A DNA stretch of 63,947 nucleotides, counting the filler, from Octopus bimaculoides (taxonomy: Eukaryota): assembly GCF_001194135.2 (NCBI RefSeq). It is 6 parts of 4 records of this genome, joined end to end, with 100 filler letters (N's around TTAATTAATTAA, not from the genome) between each part and the next. Parts side by side here need not be neighbours in the genome. Positions count along the whole stretch, not along the records: positions 50,526 to 61,514 come from NC_068981.1; positions 61,615 to 63,947 come from NC_069010.1; 4 more parts are not named here. One strand, given 5' to 3'. The position numbers and the translations under genes are program-made. Below are positions 52,829 to 63,940 of the stretch, one piece after another. Within the stretch, counting starts at the first letter, position 1; each line of letters begins with the position of its first letter. The notes beneath the pieces are model-generated. The model did not search any database and was not told where the DNA came from. It saw only the letters and a list, made by a program, of their open reading frames with translations.

Positions 52829-52943
52829 CTTACACTGATGAGAACAGTGATATATAATTAATTGAATTTAATCAAATTAGTTTAATTATTCTACCATAAA
52901 TTTGCATGATATAATGACGCTGTTTGAAACGATCGTATGCAAG
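52829..52943 (+). ncRNA. type I hammerhead ribozyme motif
   Basis: Stem I CTTACA/TGCAAG; CTGATGA 52835-52841; stem II GAACAGTG/CGCTGTTT; GAAAC 52926-52930, loop GATC, GTA 52935-52937. Confidence 0.75.
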
Positions 52944-53001
52944 AGTGAAAATTCTTTCAAATTTTAACATCATCTATTTTCCATTTTTATGAGATACGTC
53001 T

Positions 53002-53063
<62 letters not shown>

Positions 53064-53147
53064 ATATATATATATACATTCAAACATTCACAGTCACATA
53101 TATATATGTGCGTGTGTGTGTGCGCATGCGTGCGTGAGTGTGTGAGT

Positions 53148-53189
<42 letters not shown>

Positions 53190-55520
53190 TCACAATCTCA
53201 CAGGTTCGTGTGTTCTCGTGTAAGTATAGGTGTTTTGTAACACTTTCTTTGCCGTATATAAATGTTATTTTCTACTCTTATATGAACTATTTCTATTTTC
53301 TGCTGTCCTGCTCAGATCAGTCTTATTGTAATGAGTATGTGAGCCGTAGAGGTTGTTCGTTTCATTACATTCTCACATTAAAATATATCCTTAATGTAGA
53401 GAATATGGATATAGATTATAACAAGTATTTCAGAACATCAAAAGTTTGAAAAGAATTCGACAACCCTAGAGCTATACTACTTATTCACTTATTTTATTCT
53501 ACAGAATTTTATCCAATACTCATGAACTTGATATTCTGATTGTACGAGCTACTATGATACTATTGTGAGATTAGTAGTATTGTTTCCGTTAACTACGATT
53601 TCAATCATATTTTGGCTTAACAATAAGTAAAATTACAATCAATCATAAACAAAAGACAGCAGATGAAATGAAGATAAAAAACAGGAAATAAAGCAGGCAA
53701 TGAGAAAGAATTAATAGATAGAGGATAAGAATAGATTTCATTCTAAGTACAATTTAATTTCTAAACTTTGGAGTACTTTTGTTACAAATAGCATTATCTA
53801 TAACAAAATTCCCTACAAAACCATGAACGAAAGCAAGGCAGTCAACGCATGAAGTTTCAGAACAACAGTTCCAACCAGGCATGTCGGATTGTATGGCAAA
53901 ATACCATATTCGTATAAATTCTTACAAATTATTGGTAATATTTATTTGTACATAAGCTTCCATTGTCAATCAATGAAGCACGAATAAATAATCTATACTA
54001 ATGCTGATTGCAAAGAAATTCTGACCCGTATCTTTGAACATGACTTACAACTGTCGATAATTTGTGTTTTTTTCTTTCAACCCATGAAGGGTATTACATT
54101 TTTAACATTTTGTTGGGAGTGTATTCAGTAAGTAATACAAAACTTTGAGACATCCAGATTCCAACTGTAGTTTCAGTGTGGACATTAATGGTGTGCTATT
54201 TTCATTTCATAATCATGGTAAAAACAGTTCGGTTACTTCCTTTCATATATGCGTAAATGTTTATCAATACTTGAAACAGATTTCTGCAGCATGTACTGCG
54301 ATAAAGAACTATAACATTTTGAAATATGTCCAGAATCCACCGAAGATACCTAAAAGTATTTTAGCAAGAAATAGCATAGAATCATGCCGTGTACCTAGAT
54401 TGATAACGTCTGACTTCACTACTAGGCAAGATGACGTGGGTAATTCGAAAGAGTTATAGAAATGTCACACAAGATCTACGCCAACAAGGTGAATCAGAAG
54501 TAGCCTAGAAGACGCCAAATGCTACCCTTTTAAAGTCAATTTCCAGGAGGGACAGGTCTTGTTGTCCAGAGAGTTGACTTTCTATCACAATACATTCCAA
54601 ACCTGAATATCTAACATGAAGATATCATTTTATTCCTAGGTTGCACTAATTTACTGTGAAGTAATATTAAAAAAAATGTGTTAATCTCTGAAAAAAACAA
54701 CGGTTTCGTGAAGCAGGGATTTTATACCTCCTACTTCTACACTATGAGGACATACGCTAAGATAACAGAGCTTGACTTAAACTTTAAAAATCAATTACAC
54801 GTTTTGCCAGGGATACATAAAGGCATTCTAAAACCATTCTCTTTATCCTGAACAGAGAATTTACAGAAAGAAGAACAGATACAAGTGGATACCAAAGCTT
54901 AGATAATTGACAGGTAACCTGTAGAAGGCTTTGCATGCACACATACACGCACACAATCGCATACACATACACTCACATACATATATATACATACATTCGC
55001 TCAAATATATATTCAACACATTCAGCGGTGACTATTCAGGTTTTCAATGTACTATATCGGCGTTCATTCTGTATGTAAATAGTTGAGCATTCCACCAACT
55101 TAAACACAGTAATATGTTATGTAATAGAAAGGTAATAGATAATCAGGCAACGTTTATAATTTTAACTCTGATGACACTGTTAGATTGAATGGAAATGCAT
55201 AGGTGTTGAAAATACAGTGATATGCGTTTGGCTGCTGATGATAGGCATGCAGGTTTGTCATGTTTGATTGTGAATTTCTTGTAACTTAGTCTCAGCTTCC
55301 AGAGTCATCTTTTATACTTGTAAATTTGGGGATCAGTATTTGTAGATTTTCTTTATAGGTAACCCTATTAGGTTCAGATAATGTTTTACTTGCGTCAGTC
55401 ATTTGACTATGGCCATGCTGGAGCACCTGGTGAATATTCTTGGAAGGTCGTGTAGGATATATGATGATGAGGAGTTCTCTCTATATTTATATGTGTGTGT
55501 ATGTGTGTGTGTGTTGGATA

Positions 55521-56371
55521 ATGGGAAATGAGCACGTCGTAAGAGGAAGGAATAAAGGCAAAAAGAGATCTGTTGGTCCTCGCGGTGAACACGGCAAATG
55601 CCTACATGTCAACAACAGACAAACTGAGAGTGGAAGATTTTGTAAGGCAAAATTTCTCAAGCTTGGTCAACGACCTCTTCCTAGATCATTGCTGCAACTG
55701 TTAGGTGAGTGTTACTTATAGTTCAAGAATATTGCAGTGTCACAAGGTGAAATAACGCATGGCAACTGACTACATTATTGTGGTAGTCCTTTCTGTTTTT
55801 CGCCATGGACACTGTGATGAAATCAGCAGACTGTAGACCAAATTCAGCCTGCACTAGTTCAGCAATAAGAGATTTCTCAGATGACCGGACTCTAGCATCA
55901 TCAGCAGTTCATGTTGCAAGACCGATCCTTCAAGGACTAATGCAACTCGTACCACAGGCTGGAAGAGAGCCCCTTCAGCATCTCATCAACAACGTCCCCA
56001 GACACTTAGCTGATGGATGTTACGTTGATACATTGAATACGTTCCTAAATCATTATGGAGTAATATTAACTGATACTCAGTGGAGCAAATACTACCTCAG
56101 TGATGAGGCCCTCATTTCGCGGAACATAAGACAATCAGTCAAAAATCAACATATGTGCTTAGTCCCCACAATCACAAGCAGACAGCTGCGTGTTGATCTC
56201 TCAGAATTGTTACAGTTCCCAAAGACCATCATTCCAACTGCACACCGCTCAGATATAATGTACGATCCAAATTCTATATACTTTGGCCTTCGAAGGACAA
56301 ATGATGGGGACTCATGGGAAGAAGCTTGCCAAACAGGAGGTACTGGTAAAGCAGTGCATGTATGTATATAG
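55521..56371 (+). CDS. unidentified candidate coding region, two putative exons (55521-55704 and 55830-56359/56371)
   Basis: 188-codon non-repetitive ORF 55805-56371. The TTAG|GTGAGT donor at 55704/5 joins in frame to the CAG|AC acceptor at 55829/30. Possible downstream donor CAT|GTATGT at 56359/60. No recognised domain. Confidence 0.4.
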
Positions 56372-56589
56372 TTTGTGCTTGCTGCAGTCATTCCACTGCG
56401 GCCATGCTGGGGCAGCTCTTTCAAAGGTTTTAGTCGAATAAAGTGACCTTAGGATTTGAAGTCTTTGAAGTCTAGTACTTATACAGTCACTCCCCACTCC
56501 ACCGAACCGCTAAGTTACGCAGATATAAACACAGCAACACTTGTAATAAAACAATAGTGGGGGACAAATACACAGACAGACACACATTT

Positions 56590-56886
56590 AAATATTCTTT
56601 TACTTGTTTCAGTTATTTGAGTCAGCCATGCTGGAGCAAAAGCCTTAAAGGGTTTCAATCGAAGAAATCGAACCTAGGACTTATTCTGTGTAAGCCTAGT
56701 ACTTATTCTATTGGTCTCTTTTGCTGAATCTCTAGATTTATTGAGACATAAACACACCAACATTGGTTGTCAAGCGTTATTGGGTAAAATACAATCACAC
56801 ATAAGTATACACATGCATACATACATACATACATACAAACATACATAATACATAAATACACACACACACACATACACACACACACG

Positions 56887-56963
<77 letters not shown>

Positions 56964-57085
56964 GTCTACCACATCCACTCACAAGTCTTTGATCGGCCTC
57001 AGGCTTTAGTAGAAGACGGTTGCTCAAGGTGCCACGCAGTGGGACTGAAACCAGGACCATGTAGATGGGAAGCAAGCTTCTTAGT
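56590..57085 (-). mobile_element. SINE family A, full length with expanded internal microsatellite
   Basis: GTGCCACGCAGTGGGACTGAAACC head region and GCCATGCTGGAGC tail; a second partial copy lies at 56370-56570. Confidence 0.85.
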
Positions 57086-57189
57086 ACACAATCACGATGT
57101 ATATATAATTTTCAATCTTCCATTGGCTTGACCATGTGGTTGAGGTTATGGCGAACCAGCTCATGTTATTTACTGTTTTTCTTTGATAG

Positions 57190-57510
57190 GTTTCCCTTCT
57201 GTACTGATGCTTGTGATGTAGAGAGTTCAATGGAGCTCCTCTTCTCTGTGTCATCATCCGCAATGATTGTTCATTTGGTGTCTGAAATAAATGTTTCTCC
57301 ACGCACTCCTTCAAGACCTCTCTATGTACACCTCACAAAACTGTGAGGCTGTTTGCCAGAATGTTGAACAGTTGTGAATCCTTGAAAGCTCAAGCTCATC
57401 TACTACTGAGGCCTTATTCTAGATACATAAGACGGGACCTTTGGTACTATGCAGTGCCATCCATTTCTATGGTTGGTATAGCTTTCATTTCAAAAGTTGA
57501 GATCTAGATA
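57190..57510 (-). mobile_element. CR1/L2-group LINE ORF2 C-terminal fragment
   Basis: Minus strand SLSFQG/QLFNILANSLTVL*GVHREVLKECVEKHLFQTPNEQ..TQRRGAPLNSLHH matches the CR1-group G.QLFN.LP..LR....FK..LD..L...PDEP....R.A..NSL.H pattern. Confidence 0.7.
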
Positions 57511-57774
57511 TTTCAGGGTCTTCGATATGTATATCACTACATATCTTTCCCGTCATCTCTTTTGTGAGTAGTGTTTCATTTCCTTTGGCTTCCTCCATAC
57601 AATGCATAATAATATTATATATGGTTATTTATATTCGCTTTTCTGTAGGTGTTTCTATGATTGTACAGGAAATCTTATTCTAAATGCTTAACGAAAATGC
57701 ACACACACACATACACACACACACATTCCTATTTCAAATAGTATCTTCTCTTTCTCTAGTTGCAGCGGTAGTAA

Positions 57775-57790
57775 CAGCAGCAGCAGCAAC

Positions 57791-57874
<84 letters not shown>

Positions 57875-57915
57875 TGCTCTTGTTGTTGCTGCTGTTGCTG
57901 TTGCTGTATCAGCAG
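57775..57915. repeat. (CAG)/(AGT)n/(GTT) microsatellite
   Basis: Direct reading of the sequence. Confidence 0.95.
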
Positions 57916-60737
57916 CAGCAAAGAAACATCTTTGACTGGATAATTAGTAAAGCGAAATTTGGCTAAACCTAATGGAAAATCGAACTGTCTCTACTTGTTA
58001 TTCATTGTCAAATACATTGATCTTATTTTTACTTTTTTCCTAGAAAATTATCAGAATCGTTTACTTCTATCCCCCGCGGATTTTTCTGCTTGTAATGGGA
58101 TTTCAGTGTGTTAGCCAAGTCTTATTGTAAGCAGCCAAAAACTTTTGGAAAACTTCCCGAGATTGTTTGATGTTAATGGCTAAGTTTTCTTTATACACAT
58201 ATGATATAATGTATATATTTTCATCACTGGTAACAACGCAGGGTTGTCCAATCAGTAATACATTATTATCTTTGTTTTTGAATCACTGGGAAATTGAAAG
58301 AGTAATTAAGGTGAAAGTATCGTTGTTACAGTTTCAATAGGCATGCAACATGTATTATCCTGCGTATAATTCAACTTCCCTAAACTTTAGATAAGGCTGT
58401 TAGAAAAAGAAATTCACTGTCCTACTTTGATAAAATGGCAGAACAGATATAATAATGGAAGACTTAATAATGAGTCATACATAAGAGAATCAAATATTTT
58501 CCTCGGCTCAATACCAACATGTTCTAACGTCACAAACTAAACTCGCCGTCCCAACCCCGGCTAATATTGGCATTTAATACTCTATAAATAGAAAACTCTA
58601 GAAACATCGAAAGTGATAGAAATGTAGCAGAGAATCTGATCTTGCCAGTCGGGGCGGTCGCCCCACAGTACCACACAGCTCCCAGTATGAAACAGGGGAA
58701 ATAGCAAATGTGTGTGCAGTTTAATCAATAGTAAGCTGCGTTTCAGTATTCATTGACACAAGTAAATGCTGTTCCATGCTTAGCATTGTAAATATTAATT
58801 CCGTCTGAGTAATTTCCTAACTGTTCTGGACTATCACAATATATTAGTACTACATATTGCATGAGATATAGATGTGTAAATGCTAATTTTCTCCCGCTAT
58901 TGTTCAAAGTTCATCTGAGTGAAAAAAGGATTTTAAATAACTTAATTCAATATAAATTCCTTTCAGGGATAGTCGCTATCCTCCCTCCGCTCCGCATGAA
59001 TTTGAACAATCATAATATTTTTTTGTGATCTACGGTACAACTTCGAACCCTAGAATCAAAATTCACTTAGCTATTCACAAATGGCTCACTTTTGCGTTGT
59101 TCGATATTCTGCTAAACAGAGTTATTTGGAGTATTTGTTAGACCTCTTTATAGTTCAATGTACACACATAAAACAGTGGGAAATAATAAGTTTTGTATCG
59201 GGAAACTAATTGATGATCATTTTGTTAAATTTCTATAGAAAGACTGAAACATCCGGTGAGACAACAATGGATGAACTACTGTTCAGATGTTTGTTCAAAA
59301 CAAAAGCGAAATGAAAATCAGAGTCACGTTGCAAAAGATCTAAAAGTACAAAAACCATAGCAAAAGAAACAAAATAACACTATATCAAATGATGGCAATT
59401 GTGAAATATATATCGAAATTCTTGTTAGAACAGAATAAAATAAGAACTAAAATCAACATTGTAATATTGCTTGGGAGCAAACATATTTGTTAAAACCATA
59501 AATATATCCTTAATTTAATAATAGTTACCAAAGTAACATTTCGATTGTGTCTTTATTAACTCATACTCAATAAATGAAATCAACTAAACATTATAACAAA
59601 ATATGCGTATTAAATATAAGCCACTTTTCTAAACTATTCTTACTGAGTTAAATGGAGACCATTAAGAATCGGTATTCGTGCAATATATTTAAGTTCGTAC
59701 GATTCGCAGAACATACGTGCCAAAGATGTTTAACATAGTATTCAACGTGAACTAACACTAGTGTTGTGATTTCATTGATTTCAGTTGTGAATTAATGCAC
59801 TAATGTTGTACCTATTGTCAGTGAGGTAAAACTGATGGAAACGCTGAGGACATAAAATTTAAAGTGGGCTGTGTATCAGAAAGTGCGAATACTATGGAAA
59901 ATTTCCAGCACAGAATCGATTTGACCATTTATCACTCACATCATTTGTCGAAAGAATTCCTGAAAATCAGATAATATTTTAAATGGGAAAGGAAAACGAG
60001 AGGACAGAATACAATTTAAACGAGACGGCTAAGAACTTAGTAATGAAAGACAGATAGGTAAGAATGAAATATCAAGAATCACAATATATAATACGATTTA
60101 GGTTTGTCGTCGTTAACGACCAAACTATGCTGCTTAATGAAAGAGGAATGTAAAAATAGTGTAGTTACAGAGAATTTGTATTGCTCCACATTTGCTTTCA
60201 TGGAATAATGTTTGGTTTCGAATTCAATATTTAAAATCATTATCATTCAAGTAAAACTATTTGGATGTAGGAAACAGACGTGATGTGCGTAAATTGTTTT
60301 CTTACGTTCACTCAACGGGTTTGAATTTGAAGACTTTCGAATGTTGATAATGCGAGTGAAATTACATATAGCTGATGCAATATGTAACTAACTTAATTAC
60401 AAAATTATAATATAATTTCATCAATTATATTACAATTTTAGCAGAATTAGTTATAGGATGAGTAACTATCAGCATGAAGTACATCTTTTCTATTTATTTT
60501 TAAATCGCTGTTGAATGAAAATAATCGTGGGTTATTAGTAGAAACAAACATGAATATTTATGAAGTATACTATTTTGAAGGAAAATATTGGATTTCACTT
60601 ACTGTCCTTCCTAAAATTACTGTCTTCATTTCAAGAAGTTAAAGAATTGTATATAGGAGAGTTGATTTCAGTAACATTAAGCATACTTCGTCTATAATGA
60701 CGAGAAGCCAAAACAAAATGATTAATGTAAGGTTCAG

Positions 60738-60957
60738 AAATATAAATGCTGTACTTTGACGTGTCGTATTGTTTTTCGTAATAATTATCTTACAATATAA
60801 AACTTCAAAACACACCAAGCTGATGTGAAGGATTCCCATGAAGTTTGCCGCAAAAGAACATACATACAGATGAAGGCAAATTGTAAATAGGGGAAGTGTC
60901 GGCAAAGCTGAAGGGGCAGAAGCGGGAGCAGCAACAGCAGCAGCAGTAGCAGAACAA

Positions 60958-60992
<35 letters not shown>

Positions 60993-61006
60993 AGAAGAAG
61001 AAGAAG

Positions 61007-61041
<35 letters not shown>

Positions 61042-61382
61042 CGGCAACAACAACAACAACACCAACAACAACACCAACAACAACAAGTGGCAGGGGCGGC
61101 GCTAGGAGCCCCAGGAGCAGCAACAGCAGTGGTAGTGGGTGTAGCAGCAGTGGAAGCAGTAGTGATACTAGTAAGTAAACTGTACACTCCGCTTTCCAAC
61201 GCGCTGCCACGCCATTGTATGCACTTCCCCTATTTACAATTTGCCTTCATCTGTATGTATCTTGTTTTGCGGCAAACTTCATGGGAATCCTTCACATCAG
61301 CCTGGTGTGTTTTGAAGTTTTATACTGTAAGATAATTATTACGAAAAACAATACGACACGTTAAATTACAGCATTTATATTT
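60738..61382. repeat. inverted repeat with 161-bp arms (60738-60898 and 61222-61382) around (GAA)n(CAA)n
   Basis: AAATATAAATGCTGTA..TAGGGGAAGTG versus CACTTCCCCTA..TACAGCATTTATATTT; high identity by eye. Confidence 0.9.
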
Positions 61383-61614
61383 GAGATCCTAAACTTCCTC
61401 CGCACTTTCGCGTTCGCGCACGAATGTTCACTGTCGCTCTCGCTCGCGTCCGCGGACGAAGCTGTCAGCTTGGTGGCTGTCACGGACCGGACTCCGCTTT
61501 CATGCGCCTGCTTGNNNNNNNNNNNNNNNNNNNNNNNNNNNNNNNNNNNNNNNNNNNNTTAATTAATTAANNNNNNNNNNNNNNNNNNNNNNNNNNNNNN
61601 NNNNNNNNNNNNNN

Positions 61615-62040
61615 CCTGACTGGCCTTCGTGCGGGTGACACGTAAAAGCACCCAGTACACTCTCGGAGTGGTTGGCGTTAGGAAGGGCATCCAGCTGTAG
61701 AAACTCTGCCAAATTTAGATTGGAGCCTGGTGCAGCCATCCGTTTCACCAGTCCTCAGTCAAATCGTCCAACCCATGCTAGCATGGAAAGCAGACGTTAA
61801 ACAATGATGATGATGATGATCATCATCATCATCGTTTCTAGGACTACAAGAGTTTCTACAGCTGGATGCTCTTCCTAACACCAACCACTCCCGGTAGTGT
61901 AGTGGGTGCTTTTACGTGTCACCAGCACGAGGGCCAATATATATGTATGTATGTATAAAAAGTACCTCGCTTGGCAACAGGTGGGGGTTGGCGTCAGGAA
62001 GGGCATCCGGCTGTAGAAAACTTGCCACACGAATAGCGCT
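61615..62040. mobile_element. cluster of three SINE pieces with RTE-type 3' tail (+, -, +)
   Basis: GTTGGCGTTAGGAAGGGCATCCAGCTGTAGAAAC and tail CCCATGCTAGCATGGAAAGCAGACGTTAAAC(GAT)n; inverted partial copy at ~61840-61930. Confidence 0.8.
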
Positions 62041-62069
62041 GCGCATATCTATATACACTTTTTTTGTAG

Positions 62070-62260
62070 GCGCGGGCATGGCTGTGTGGTTAGGAAGCTT
62101 GCTTCCCAGCTACATGGTTTCTGGTTCAGTCCCACTGCGTGGCACCTTGGGCAAGTGTCTTCTGCTATAACCCCAGGCCGACTGAAGCCTTGTGATTGAA
62201 TTTGGTAGGCAGAAGTTACTGCCGCATGTATATATGTCTGTGTATGTGCTTGTGCCTCTC
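62070..62260 (+). mobile_element. SINE family A, 5' half
   Basis: GGCATGGCTGTGTGGTTAGGAAGCTTGC...GGTTCAGTCCCACTGCGTGGCACCTTGGGCAAGTG. Confidence 0.88.
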
Positions 62261-62434
62261 CGAGAGAGAGAGAGGGATACATATACAGGTTGCAGTGAAT
62301 AAACTGTCCGTCTGAATTATGCAAAGACGAAAATAACACTGACATCTCCTTTTAACAAATATATTTACCAAAATTACATAAAAATATCTTGAAATGCTAA
62401 AGAGTAAATTTATTCAATAAAATTGCCATTAGCT

Positions 62435-62620
62435 TCAACCATAGATGGAACAGGGACAACTGACGAAGGGGTGTACTCTTTATGTTGCATGTCTCGTTTC
62501 TCTGTTTGTTTTTTTCGTTGCTCGAAGAAAGTTCGTTTTCTGTTTTCGTTTCTCATTGCGTTTAACGTGTTTTTGATGTCCTGTACCCATATATGCATGT
62601 ATGTGTACATATATATGGAG
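62435..62620 (+). repeat. second copy of the repeat at 14200-14420
   Basis: GGGACAACTGACGAAGGGGTGTACTCTTTATGTTGCATGTCTCGTTTC. Confidence 0.75.
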
Positions 62621-62678
62621 GTATGCACATATATGTATGGATATATGCATATATCTATATATTATTTATATTATATAT

Positions 62679-62711
<33 letters not shown>

Positions 62712-62757
62712 AGAATTTAAGGATTGGAGAAAACGCATGTTATAATTGCATACTTTA

Positions 62758-62841
62758 TTCCTACATATGTTTCAAAGGATTACAACCTGTGTGATCCATA
62801 GGGATCTTTGATATTAAAATTGTAACCTTCTCATCAGGGAA
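62758..62841 (-). ncRNA. type I hammerhead ribozyme motif (mirror copy), intact core
   Basis: Reverse complement of CTGATGA at 62831-62837 and of GTA at 62762-62764; same sequence as the plus-strand copy. Confidence 0.85.
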
Positions 62842-62896
62842 AGCATGGGAATCATCTTAAACGTAAGACATTATGACCGATTATGATTCCCATGCT

Positions 62897-62980
62897 TTCC
62901 CTGATGAGAAGGTTACAATTTTAATATCAAAGATCCCTATGGATCACACAGGTTGTAATCCTTTGAAACATATGTAGGAA
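62897..62980 (+). ncRNA. type I hammerhead ribozyme motif, intact core
   Basis: Stem I TTCC/GGAA; CTGATGA 62901-62907; stem II GAAGGTTACAA/TTGTAATCCTTT; GAAAC 62965-62969, loop ATAT, GTA 62974-62976. Confidence 0.85.
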
Positions 62981-63218
62981 TAAAGTATGCAATTATAACA
63001 TGCATTTTCTCCAATCCTTAAATTCTTAAATATACTCAAATACCCAAAATTTCAAGGAGTTCCTGCCTTAAAAACAGGAGCTAACCACAGTTATTTTGTG
63101 TTCTTTGCTACATTAGTTTCTATTAACCCATTTATTCTATCAGAAGAATTTTTATTCATTAAGATAGAAGAAATACACATAATTATATATATATATATGT
63201 ACCCCGTTGTTGTTTCAG

Positions 63219-63317
63219 ATATCATCAAGAAGCGGGTGAAGTGTCGCCAGAAGAAACAGAGGCAAGAGAGACTGAGGTCAAGACTAATTGAAGAGGAGAA
63301 CCGCAAGTATAGGCCAT
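63219..63317 (+). CDS. candidate 99-bp symmetric (phase 1-1) internal exon of an unidentified gene
   Basis: GTTGTTTCAG| acceptor, |GTACGT donor, open frame (D)IIKKRVKCRQKKQRQERLRSRLIEEENRKYRP, GC-richer than its flanks. Confidence 0.45.
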
Positions 63318-63619
63318 GTACGTATCGTAGTAGTGGGGGTGGTTGTGATGTGTTGTTGTAGAGGTGGTGGTATAGACAGAATGTGTTGTAGAAGTGGTAG
63401 TACAGATGATGTGTGTGTTATAGCAGTAGGTGGGGTAGTTGTGTTGTGTTGTAGTCGAGGTGGTGGTATAGACGATGTATATGTCATGGTGGTGATGGTG
63501 AAATACAAGTGATAGTATAGACTGTATGTGTTGTAGAAGTGATGGTATAGACAATGTATGGGCAGTGGTGTTGTAGTAGTAGTAGTTGTGGTGGTCATGT
63601 GTTGTTGTAGAGGTGGGCA

Positions 63620-63940
63620 AGTCTTCTACTATAGCCTCAGGCTGACCACAGCCTTGTGAGTGGATTTGGTAGATGGAAACTGAAAGAAGCCCATTGTGTG
63701 TGTGTATGTAAATATATATATATATATATATGTTTGTATTTGTGTGTCTGTGTTTGTTGACCCCCTCCCCCTCCCACCATCATCGCTTGACAACCGATGT
63801 TGGTATGTTTACGTCCCCCGTAACTTAGCAGTTTGGCAAAAGAGACCGGTAGAACAAAGAATAGGTCCTGGGGGGTGATTTCTTTGACTAAAAGTGGTGC
63901 TCCAGCATGATCACAGTTCAAATGACTGAAACAAGCAAGA
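63620..63940 (+). mobile_element. SINE family A, lacking the head
   Basis: GGGCAAGTCTTCTACTATAGCC...CCAGCATGATCACAGTTCAAATGACTGAAAC. Confidence 0.88.

Larger units (their letters stand above)
50905..52970. repeat. old inverted repeat (arms ~50905-51560 and ~52290-52970), Penelope-like pLTR pair
   Basis: For example CATGACTTATTTGGAGTTTGAATTACTTA versus TAAGTAATTCAAACTCCAAATAAGTCATG; roughly 80% identical by eye. Confidence 0.85.
62710..63028. repeat. young inverted repeat (arms ~62710-62855 and ~62884-63028), Penelope-like pLTR pair
   Basis: Arms are near-perfect reverse complements (one substitution noticed); the spacer is ~28 bp. Confidence 0.95.

Noticed and set aside
53700-54460. Hydrophobic, membrane-protein-like translations on the minus strand
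   Set aside because: Several stops, no recognisable motif, and AT-rich DNA readily gives F/L/I-rich frames.
55805-56300. RT-like words in the 188-aa ORF (DFSDD on plus; FLT, ADD on minus)
   Set aside because: Spacing does not match LINE RT motifs, and the minus frame is full of stops.
57190-57507. Apparent multi-UGA selenoprotein exon: plus-strand frame of 106 codons with three TGA (YUCLUC.., GVUNKC) and no TAA/TAG, joinable in frame to the 55.8-kb ORF
   Set aside because: The opposite strand is a recognisable CR1-group LINE C-terminus, which explains the composition, and I found no convincing SECIS downstream. SECISearch3 plus junction reads would settle it.
6863-61570. TTAATTAATTAA embedded in N-runs (6863, 13764, 29237, 50470, 61559)
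   Set aside because: An identical 12-mer centred in gaps with stops in all frames is an assembly gap pad, not biology.
63225-63620. Thr/His/Tyr-rich mucin-like ORFs
   Set aside because: Degenerate (GTG/GTA)-rich minisatellite; low complexity in all frames.
613-63878. Dozens of long ORFs rich in YI, HT, CV, poly-S/L/I/E or X
   Set aside because: These are translations of microsatellites and N-gaps.
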